Source of the DNA: Oculina patagonica
Lineage: Eukaryota
NCBI RefSeq assembly: GCF_052425735.1
Contig: NC_135771.1
Coordinates: 9,486,001 to 9,550,000, forward strand
Length of the DNA: 64,000 nt
Reading direction: 5' to 3'
Below, one piece after another: positions 49,101 to 61,100 of the stretch. Under the pieces are notes generated by a model. That model was not told the DNA's origin, searched no databases, and saw only the letters and a program-made list of their open reading frames with translations. The number at the start of each line of letters is the position of its first letter. Within the stretch, counting starts at the first letter, position 1. The translations under genes and the position numbers were made by a program.

Positions 49101-52100
49101 GCGGCAATGTTACTTTTGCTGTAATTCCTGTTTCACTTAAAATTGGAGAAAATGAAAGTGCATATGGCATTTCTTTGGACCATTTCACACCTGCAAAAAA
49201 CAAAGCAAGGTTCAGCCTGATTAGTTATAAAGTTCCAAGAGTACAAAAAACTTGGAGAAATTGTGCCATGTCCGTAACGCCTCCGGAACCCGGAAGATTA
49301 AAGAATATCAGATAAAAGGTTACATAACATTGCCTACTAGGTCCTAATAATAGTTTTCCATATTGACGAATCTGTGAAATTTCTGCGGCTCTTCCACGCG
49401 AACGCCTGAATTACCTCTCTGACACCATAACCCAAAGGTATTTTGAAATTATGGAGGTCTCATAGTTTTCTTATTTTCGGGCGGAGGGGAGACGTAAAAC
49501 GTAACTGATTATAACAAAAGCTCTATTGTCACGGACTCAAAACTCTCTTTGCTATGAAACAACAAATAGAGTTGGGAGCTTACATGTAAACAGGTAGCCT
49601 AACGTGTAGAGCCTCACCTCGCGTCATTGCTTAACATTATTTTCTGTCCTGGTACAGTAAGAAAACCCCTGGGAAAATTAGGAATCGAAAAAATCCTACC
49701 GGTAAATCTGACGTCGCTTTATCTCATTCCAACTCAATCTATCACGGAACACATCTGACTTTCGCTAATACGCCAACATCTGACAAGGCAAAGGTTGCAT
49801 TTTATTTCACTTACCTACTGTCTGAAACACTACAGGTTTGCTGTAGGGCCCAGGTCCCGCCCCGGTGTAGCCTCTAACAGACACTTCATACTTTGCGCAC
49901 ACTGAGAGACCAGTTAAGAGCACTTCTGTTGTGGTCGTGTTAAATGTTGAATAAAATATAGGTTGAACCAGGGTACAATTTTCCTTCAAAGTTATACCGA
50001 CTTCATAAAGTTTGACGATGCCATTCGCCAACTCTTTTGACAGTCCCGTCCAAGTTATCTGATACGCTGTGATATTCACTTCAACAGTAGACACAGTTTC
50101 TGGCCCACGGCTGGGCTCTGAAAGAGAAAATCAAGTATATTTTTCACAAAATATTTCTCAGCATAAAAATAAACGATTGATGTATACAAATCCAAAGAAA
50201 ACCGATAGTAATCTAATAACTTCACAAAAGTAAGCAAATTGGACAAAGCAACAAATTTAAAACAGTAGTTGCTGCATTTCAGAGTTTCTGAATGACTGAA
50301 ACAAACATGGTATCAACTGGAACATACTTAAGTGAGACATGCGCAAAAACCCTTAGCTGCAAAGAATTATTTTTATTATTTTTTTTTACAACGAGCAACT
50401 TTTGGGAGCTTTTGCTTACTGCAATTACATTGTCAATACTGTGCATTATATAAAGGTTCTGTTAAATCACGATGAGAATAAATGGATGAGCAAAGTTTTT
50501 TAACAGCAGGACTAAAAAGTTTAAAGTGGCCAGTACTAGTGATGTTTAAAGAGGGAACAATTTGTATCTTCACTGTTATGATAGTTTGGTAAGATACCAG
50601 GATTGTGGTACACACAAATTAAACATCCTTTAAAGGTAAATTGCAACTAAAACCAGACGGATGATGATGATGATGATGATGATGATAAAGATGGTGTAAG
50701 TTTTGTCGTTTTTAAAACACTGATTAATATAGTTGTTCTACCAAAGGTTGCGCAACCTACCATACTCCGGGATATTTACAGTTAAAGTAGCATTTGGTCC
50801 AGGTTTGATAGTCACAGCTCTGACATGAAACTGATAGGTGACTCCACCCAACACATCAACTAAGTAACTTAATGCATCTATTCCAGAGATCTCTTTCTGT
50901 GTATCTCCTTCGTAGCTATAAAACAAAGTATAACTCCGGATAATTCCATTTGCTTCTGTAGGTCTACTCCAGGTCAGGTTAACTCTTGGGCCATGAAACT
51001 TGCTTGGGGCTACATCAATATGGCTGAGGGTCCCTGGAGCACCAGGTGCTGATGAAGAAAATAAGAACTAAAGGATAACAAACTATTTGATTGAAAAACG
51101 TCTTTGCACTGACACATTCGGTAGCACAGTCAACAAATTATGAATAGCATTCTCTTCTTAGCTTACAAAACAAAGCATATATATGGCAACTTCAACGCTA
51201 TTAAATAATTTGTTTGGCGTATTTAATAAAAGTGAAGACTTAAACATCTTGCGTTTTTATTTATAAATGTAAATTGAATAAAATTAAACCAACAAACATT
51301 AAACAGTGTATGTATGTCGAGAGAAAAATCACCTCAAAGAATGATACATTGCAAAACACAAATTAATGCAATATGTTAATTGAGTATTAATTTTATTTTT
51401 CTCAGCATGTCTCTTTTCGCTCTTACCATCACATTTTACCGGTGTAATAGCGTACTAACAGTGACTCAATGTTGAGTTTGAGTCGTTTGTACGATTTGTA
51501 AACTTACATTAACAAGAGACAGATATCAAGTAATATACAAATAAAGGTCATGTAAGTTTGAATTTGTTATCATTATTATTGATCGATTTCTTTTTATAAC
51601 CTTGTGCATTGATGTTTTTTTTGTTGACGAATGATATACTTGTAACATATATTGACTTTTAAGCATAACAGTGCAGGGTTTCTACTTTAAAGTGTACTGA
51701 AATTTGAACACAAAAAGGCAGAATATTAAATTATCTGTAAGAAGAATTATGTTGCAGGTACTTCAGTTGTATGCAAACTTTTACATTTGATCAGCTTTAA
51801 CATAATTAAATTATCTACTGCTTCATTGTACTTTTATGTACTTTTAGAGACTATTATAGTAAGACTGACTACTTGAACCGAGCCACTTGGGAGAAGTTGC
51901 CCAATCAAAACGTTAATGGATAACAAAGGATGGTGACCTTTTTTTTTTGCAACGAACCAATAACGTAGAAGAATACAAACAATATTTTAACCACAAAATG
52001 TCAGAAAACCCAACAAAGTTGTGGAAGATCCGGACCTCTCAGGAAGCATTGGAATTTAGGTTTGATTGGTTAGTCTCTATCCTAAATTATAAGCGGTTTT

Positions 52101-55100
52101 CAACAGTTTTGGTTTTGCAGTCACAAAACGAGTCAAACTAAGTTTGTCGAGTAAAATTTAATATATGATACTTTGCCGCAAAGAATTGGGTCGCTAGAGT
52201 CGATCAGGTATGCAAATTCAGGTAAACAGACTTATATTAGCCTTCACTTGGTTACAAACAGGTTACAAATTTTTTTGTAGAGTTGTTGTCTGGATGCTTT
52301 TTTAGTTTAATGTCATTGGTCTGCTTACGAACAAAATAATAAGCCATCCATTGTTCTCAATTAACGTTTTGATTGGCCAACGTTTTTCCAGGTGGCCCAG
52401 TTCGAGTAGCCTCACTGTAACATTGGTGTCAAAAAGCCTACAAGGGAACATCTAATGCAGTATTTACTGTAAGTATACATTTGACCACTTAGGGTGCGTT
52501 TCTTTGGGAAAATCCAAAATTGGATCATCGATCTCAGATCACACGGATACTTTGCTCCCAAAGAAACGAAGAATCCGAAAACGGATTTTTTGCCATGACA
52601 ACCCCGTAAACACATTTCGCACAGAACATAAAATATCAGCACAAATTTATTTTTCGTCGAATGTATCCTAACTAAAATAATTTAAGCATACAAAAACCAC
52701 ACGTCGAAGTAGATCTTCTTTAGCGTTAAGCACAATGTGGCGAGAAAGCATCTGAGAGCGAAGAATGATTGCGAAATGATCAGTGCAAATTTCACTCGTG
52801 ACAATTTCAAAAGGATACAACTTCCGTAGGCACACAGTGGCTGTTTTAGAAAACCCGTTTTTCGTTTAAAATGATACTACATACCTATCTAAAGCTACCG
52901 TTTCCTTTTATCGTGAAATATTTTTGTATTTTGATCGAAATAACCGCCTAAAACTTTCCGTATGGCAGTGTTTACAAAGAGCGAACCTGTATTTTCACAG
53001 CAAAGACCGCTGGGCCAAGGTACTTTTTTCGAATCCTTTCCCAAAGAAACGCACGGATCATGAATCCTAAAAATCCGGATTCAGATATGATCTGATGTAT
53101 CCACTCGAAGTGTGGATTCTTCAGATCATTGATCCGAGCTTAATCCATTTTCGGATATAGGTAAAGAAACGCAAAATCCGTTTTTGGATCAAGAATCCGG
53201 ATTTGGATTTTTTCCAAAGAAACGCACCCTTACTGTATTTGAAAATCAATAGTTAGAGTCAGTAAATTTTTTACCTGCAGATATAAGTATTCCAAACACT
53301 TCTACTCTGAGGGCTTTGCGAGTGCTATAAGCTGTTGGCTGCAAACGGATGAACCTTGCAATTGCATATTCCTTCAGACTGTGTTTGACAATATCATCTC
53401 TTCCAGAATTGCCATTGAACACCTGCAACACGAGTTGGCACGCAAACAGAACAATGCAAACAATCTCAAGCTTCTTCTCGAAAATGCTTTACCTTTCAAA
53501 AACATACCATGATGTTTAACTTGCTTAAAGGGCCTGTTTACATGGAAGGCGGGTGCCCCGGCTAACCGAGTTACCCGGCTAACCGAGCTACCCTGGGCGA
53601 GCCAACTTTTCATACGTTTCTTAAGAAAACGTATTGAAGCCTTTACATGCTAGAAGGGTAACCCGCCTTGCCGGGGCACTCGGTCTACTTGCCTGGGGCA
53701 CTCTTCTAGGCGGGATAGCTTTTTGCCCCGTAAACGGTTATGCCCGAGCTATCCCGGCTTGCCGGGATAAGTTTTCGCGCGTGTTTTTAAACTAAATTTG
53801 AAGTTAACAGTCATTGACTGAGAAAACCAGGCAATTTTACAAAAAACCGAAAGATGGGGGTCGGCCAATTTGCTTCATACTAACACCATAAATAGGTTAG
53901 GTGGACTTATGAATAAATATACTAAACTTGGCTCCTCAATCGTTTTTGTATAGGAGATATGAGGTCCACTATTTTTCACCCCCATCAGGGCCTAGATTTA
54001 CCAGTAAATTTGACCCAAATTTGAAAACCACTATAAACTACAAAATTAAACGAACGGAATTTTTATTTTCTGTGTGGCATAAACAGACATAGAACTACTT
54101 GTAAAAATCCAGAAATGTACGAAATAATTACAGGCAAGTCCACACCGTTCACGTTTTGAACACCTACTTTTTACATTTTCGAATGAGCAAGATTTTGCCC
54201 ATTTTCGAGTTCCCGTAGAACACACAACTATAACTGCAGAAATCATTGGATACCACAGATAAGTGCTCTTACCTTTCCTCTATCATAAACAGCAATAATC
54301 TTTTTGGGCCATTGAAACAGCAAGATTTTAGAGCACCTCAATGTAGTTCATGTAGGCGATATCGTCTTCAACAACACACGAAGCAACCAATGTGTTTTTA
54401 AACCACTCCTCGAGTCCACTTTGAGTTTTTCCGAGGTTAAATAAATGCAATTGACTGAATTCCTTCCGAAATATATCTCAACCCGTCGATTATTCGTTAA
54501 ACAGTGAAGAAAACGTGAAAAACACGAAAATAACAGAGCGACGCCATTTTGAATTTGACAACTCCCAGGGGCCTGGAATCCAGCTTTTCTCCAGGAGGGT
54601 AGGGTGGGTGACATTTTTATTGTAAATACCTTCAACAAGCGTTTCACAATGCAATACAATACAAAAATGTATTTTTTATTATTATTTTACGTTAACTTCC
54701 TTACGATAATGCTTGTAATAACAACAGTTGCATACCCAATAACCCCGCCGTACAAAACTGAAGAACAAACAAAGCTTATTACCGTAATTCCGCCCTTTTA
54801 GATTGCTTTCATGTAGTTAACTGCTCCTACATAAATAAACGCCAACTTTGAGCGATCGTTTCGTAGACTGCAGTCTGAGTAAATGACCATGCATGAAGTA
54901 AGGGCAATCGACAATTATGCTACGTTTTTACTGGCGCAAATTTAATAATTAGAATTTAACTTTGACTGACTGAAGCTTAAATAATTCTACAGTCAAAACG
55001 TGCTCTTTATCAGACCTAATCAAGCAATTTATATCGTATATATATCCCAAAAGTTTGGGACAGTCCGTTCAGTATTAATTAAAATTAGTTTAGTTTGTTT

Positions 55101-58100
55101 AAATTGGTTTTCCACCTCAGCTCATCTGTTTATGAGTAAAGTATTGCAAGAAAAGTACCCCCCCCCCCCCCAAAAAAAAAAAAAAAATCATCACTTTTAA
55201 TTTGCTTTGACTGCTTGATCTTTTATGTACACGATGAAAAGCACTGCCGTTCTGCTCCATTTTCAATTTTTCATGTTGTTGATATTAAACGCATGCGCTC
55301 GAAGAAGGTGGTCTTCGACCGTCCATTTTATTTACTGATCTGTAACGTTAGAGAAAGTCATTCCTTGGAACAACTGCAGGTTTTTACGAGATGTTCGATT
55401 GGTCTCACATAGGAGTCCTTTCGGGCAAGGGACCCATCAATCTCTATTCCATAGAGGTCACAAAGTTCTTTTAACTGTGCAATCTTAAACTTTGACTTTA
55501 ACATGCCACGTTTAACTAGACCACAGATATCCTGACCTTTATATTCGATTGGATGTCGCAGGTCGACCTCTTCGTACACTGCTGTCTGCAATTCTTGCAG
55601 ATGTTTCTCTGCCTCCCAGGCTTCAAGATCATTCTCATCGATATTTTCAGCTTCTTCAATTAGCGCGGTGGGTGCTTTACTCTGACGCTGCGCTGCTGCC
55701 AGTCTTGAGAAATAACTGCTTATTTGTTTGGCAGTTCGCCATTCTTCTGGAGCAAAGCGAAGTTTGCCATCACCGTCCCTTGCGATTCTCATTTCTTTTG
55801 CCACCTTTGTTGGATCTTCTTTGTTCCCTATATCAAATAAAACATATCGTAATGACATAGTACAAACACAGTCATTTACAGTGTGATAAAAAAGAGGTCA
55901 CGGTAGTATTGTAAAGTCGTCGGCCTTCAGTGAGTGTGAGCAGCTGACAAAACGTCAAAAAGCAATTGATCTTTCTTTCACTTGAAAATAAACTTTTAAA
56001 TAGTGTTGAAAAGATAGGAAAAGCAGGATAATTAGGGGGTTTAGGAATAAGGGATAATTCACCAAATTATTTTAGGCATTTAATAATTAGATAAGGTATT
56101 ACAACATAATTTTGCGGGTAATGAAAATCAAAATAATATGGATAACAGCCTCGGTTATTTCATGGTTAATAAAAAATTAAACTGCCCCTTGACAAGAAAT
56201 GTGCGAGGCGATTTGAACTACTCTATAAGTCATGGAACTTTCTTCCTTTTAAGCCCGGAATGAAGTAATCGCTTCAGCTACTCAAGATCGCTGCAAAGAT
56301 CACTCATTACTGTTAATTGCTAACTAGACATACCTAGGTGTGAACTTATTACCTGTTTCGACCCCTCTATTGAACTTTTCCACTAGAAACGTCTTAACGC
56401 CTTCGGTTGCTCTCTGACCCTTTCGTTGGGCTTTCAAAGCCCAACCCTGGAGTGGTTCTTTTCTTGTTGTTACGTGGGTACTTGCTCGTAGGTGCACTGC
56501 CTCTCTGGCGACGTGGGACGACTGTATTCCTGTGACCTTTTCTGCCCACTCTTTCCGTGCCAAGTCGTAAACAGTCTCCCTCTCAGTTACCCTTATATGC
56601 CGCCCAGTATCCATGTGTGCATAAAGATCCGCTTGTGTCTGAAATGTGGCCACGCAACCTTCCTCTTCGCACACAAAAATGTCTTGGAAACTGTTAGAAG
56701 GCTGCTTTTTTACCATAAGTCCTGGCTTTGACAATGGCGTTAGAGACGTAAGTGACATGACAATACAGAGATCTGTCGGACCTTGGAGGGATAGACCCAA
56801 TTCATCGTATAGAAACATCTGACCTTCCCCCACAGCATAAGCTTTCCAAGCCCTTATCCCGGAGACAAGAAACTCAAAACTGAACAGAGCGCTAATTCCT
56901 TTCCATTCCATCGTTTTAGCCGCCTTTGCTAAATCCACTTCAGCAACTGCGTTCCTACACCCACGTACACCACCGTACGATTCCAAAGCCTCTTTCATGT
57001 CAGCTGCTGTGACAACATCGTGCTTTTCGTTTACCCATCTTTGTATGTGACCTTTCATTGGCGCGATCTTTCTATCACATACGTCCTTCCCTGACTGTGG
57101 ATCTGAGAAGTCATACCTTCGAATGCTGATGCCTGTCCTCTCTCCAATGGATTTCAGCGAAAGAAGCAGCGAGGCGTTATGGTAACATCCAGCATTGCCA
57201 GATTTTAGATAAGCCGTCTCTACATCAGGGTGCTCTTGTTTGACTGAAACAAGAAGGTGCTCTAGAATGGATGCCACGGAAAACCAATCCTGTGTGCAGC
57301 TGTCAAATATGTGCACAACTGTTTCCACGTTGTATTCGTTCTCATCAGATTTGAGTATAACACAAGCAACATGCCAGCTCTTGCCTCGTTTTCCGTAAAA
57401 GTCACTCATTTGCTCTCTATATCGCTGGGGCAGATATTTCATTGCCCAGTCCATCGTTACGAGAACGCTTTTATCGTTAAGTGCACCAAGAGCGTCTTCC
57501 TTGGCTTGCTCTTGGTTAACAGTGCGAAGCATATGGGCTTTCCAACTACCGATTGCATGCACGGCATGAGCCATATCAAACTTGACTTGACTTTGCTGTA
57601 GGTCGGAAAGAGTCAGGTTTGGAGAATTGATCTTGTTTGTGATGTCAGATAAAACTTCATCTAGTTGACAGCATGAGATACAAGATGTATCATGAGTGTG
57701 ATCACATTGATGGGCGAAGACGTCGTTTTGAGGATCGCTAAGACTGTACCTAGTGCAGTGGTCTGCACATCTTTCATCGGGTCCGACGTGGCTCTTAAAG
57801 TCCGTTTTGAGGTAGCGCTTGGCTTCTTTCAAGATACCCTTCGCCTCTTTTCCCCATATCGGGAAGGCACCACCTTCTTCAAGTGTGGTAACTACACTAT
57901 GGAGAATTTCGAATGCTTGTGCCCCTTCCGTTAAGAAATAATCTAATCCCTGTAGCGACTTCTGCGTTGACGCAGCACACACTTCGATGATCCTATATAG
58001 TGTTCTTTCGCTGGCTGGCTCAAACACTGTTTCTTGACAATAAGCAATGTATTGCTTGATTATTCTTGAGGGCACCATTGTTCTTATCACATTTGGAATG

Positions 58101-61100
58101 GTGATTTTCTCACCAGAGTCAAGCTTCAGCACCTTAGTTCCGTACGCTACGTCCTGTAAAAAGTTTGGTCTTGCAATAAAGTTGACGAAGTGGCTTGTTT
58201 TGGCTGGATCAAGGCGTGTCCTTTTAATAGGTACTGGTACCACTGGTTGACCTGGTCCTTTTTCAGTAGCATGGCTGCGGGCTTGATCTATTTGCCAATT
58301 ACTTAGACCAGGAATCATCTCTCTGAGCTCCTTCTTTGAAAAATGCTTAGCAAACATCGACAGAATTTGCAATCGAGTTTGACGACTTTCCGCTTCATTA
58401 TACACCCCCAGCAAAATTGACAGTTCGACTTTGCTTACTTCTTGTCTGTCGTCATATTTGCCGTTTTCGTCCCGGTCTGAAGAATACTTCAGTGCATCAA
58501 ATACTTTCTCTTCTTGATCTGGTGCAATGGTTGTCAAAACAGCACTGAGAACTTGACGGACTTTCCGCAAATAGTAGACTTTTTGTGTACTTGATATACT
58601 TTCCCAATTCGAATTGAGTGTCGATGCTATCGGACTAACCCTTCCATCTGATATATTTCCTACTGCTTCATTTAAGACTGCGCGTCTTTCATGCTGACGC
58701 TGTTCTTCATCGATCCAAAAACTGACATCTTCATCGTCTCCTTCATTGTCGGCAACAGTACTGTCCAATGTGTATTCAAACTCGGAGGGGTTAGGAAATG
58801 ACAAGTTAATGTTCTCTTCAAAGTCCAAATCATTTGAGTCGAACACACTATATACCTTTACCGGAGTCTCGTCTTTCTTCACTGTACTGCCTTCATTTCT
58901 AGCGTTCTCTTCTTTACCCTGGATAGACACGAATAAAAAACTGTAATATTCAATAGAAAGTATAAACAGTGTGCGCGGCGCGCGTTACTAGAAAACGTTT
59001 TATACGGGGAGGCACCACGCCCTGAAATCCAACCCCTTACCCTAGCGGGGAGCAAGGGTGGCGCAGTGGTGAGAGCACTCGCCTCCCACCAATGTGGCCC
59101 GGGTTCGATTCCGGCCCGGTACCATATGTGGGTTGAGTTTGAAGAAGAAATATCGTTTATTATTAAAAAACTTTTACACTTGTAAATGAATAAAAACTAT
59201 ATATATTACAAGATTTAATGATTTTGTTGTTGATTTTGTTGTTGGTTCTCGTCCTTGCTCCGAGGGTTTTTCTCCGGGTTCTCCGGTTTTCCTCCCTCCA
59301 CAAAAACCAACACTTCCAAATTCCAATTCGATCTGGAATCAGTGGGATCAAGAAGAGCCACCTAGTGGAAGATCCCACTGTAAATTCCCTTTTTTTTTTA
59401 TTTTTTATTTTATTTATATAACATTTTGAAAGAAAAGGCACCTCTTTCGTAAACCTTTTTATTGAAAAAATGTACCCGTTCTATATACCTACATGACATG
59501 ACATATAATTAAAACAGGGAGTTTTCGTGTCATTTTCATATAGCGCATAGTAAATACAGCCAGTTGCGTCTGTTCGAAATATTTTATAAAAGGCAAATTT
59601 TAATGCCTAAACGTCAGATTTCCCTACCCTTTCAGACTTTTCAGGCGGAGTCTCGCCATATAGGTCTTTACAGGAAGTACCCCCATTCCCCCGGGGACTG
59701 GACGCTCGATTTTATTCTTTTCCTTATTTAGTCTTCAAAGTCTAAATCAGTTGATATGAAACTTCTATACTAAACTACAAAACGTTTTATAAGGGGAGGC
59801 ACCGCGCCCTGAAATCCAACCTCTTACCCTTTTATATACCGTTTTGAAAGAAAAGGCACCTCTTTCGTAAACCTTTTATTGAAAAATGTACCCGTTCTAT
59901 ATACCTACATGACATGACATATAATAAAAACCGGGAGTTTTCGTGTCATTTTCATACAGCGCTTAGTAAATTAAAATGATACAGCCAGTTGCGTCAGTTC
60001 GAAATATTTTATAAAAGGCAAATTTTAATGCCTTAACGTAAGATTTCCCTACCCTTTCAGACCTTCGGGCGGAGCCTCGCCGTATAGGTCTTAACAGGAA
60101 GTACCCCAATTCCCCCGGGGACAAGACGCTCGATTTAATTCATTTCCTTATTTACTCTTTAAAGTCTTAATCAGTAGAGATGAAACTACCATTAACCTTT
60201 ATTGAAAACTCATTCTTCCTTAGAGCACTGCCTTCATTTTCATCGTTCTCCACTTTACCCTGAAAGAAACGAATAGCAATGTAATATTCAGATTATTTTA
60301 ACTATTTACGCGTGCAGTTCGGCATCGAATGCACTCTTATCCATAAATACTCTGCTGTTTTTTGCAAGTGAAGAATTATAAAGGATTAGGTATGAAGGGC
60401 GTGGCATTTTCGATCGCCGGCAACTAAAATGTTAGTAGTGTAAGAGTCATTGTCGACGAGACCTCCCAAACAACTCTAGATGTTACTTACCAAGCTTTAG
60501 GAAAAAATGTAAAACATGCGCACATTGACACAGCATTTTTTGCTTCTGCTGACGAAGAAGAAACCTGGAGGCTTGTGTTACTAAAAGGGGAATAATTACC
60601 CACTCCTCTATTCTGACTGAGGGAGGGAAGCAGCAAAACCCACCCTGACCACAAATTAATTCAGTTAAAGGCTAAGTGGAGCCGAGGAGCTTCGCTTTTA
60701 TGTTTGGCAAAATCTATTTATATTGCCGAGTGCTATCAAACTTTATATATTATGCAGGGGAATTAGCGATGTCATTTTAATTCAAAATATTCACCTTGGT
60801 CTCTTCATCACTTTTTGAATGGCCTTTTCGGCATGTGTTACATAGGGCTGAAACAAGAAAGATGTAAAGGTATTGATAAGGTTTTCTGAAAAACACGACG
60901 GCAAGCTAAACGTGTTGGTTTCAATTGGAATGCTACACTTTCCACACTGTAATTAGCAAAGATTTTCAAACTGATAAACAGCTAAATATGGAAACACACT
61001 AAAAGAATGAAATAATTAGCACGAATATAATAATAGTATTCATTATTTCTCTTGTGAATCTTTCATGAAAAATCCAACATGTGAAAAGCTGTACTAAATA

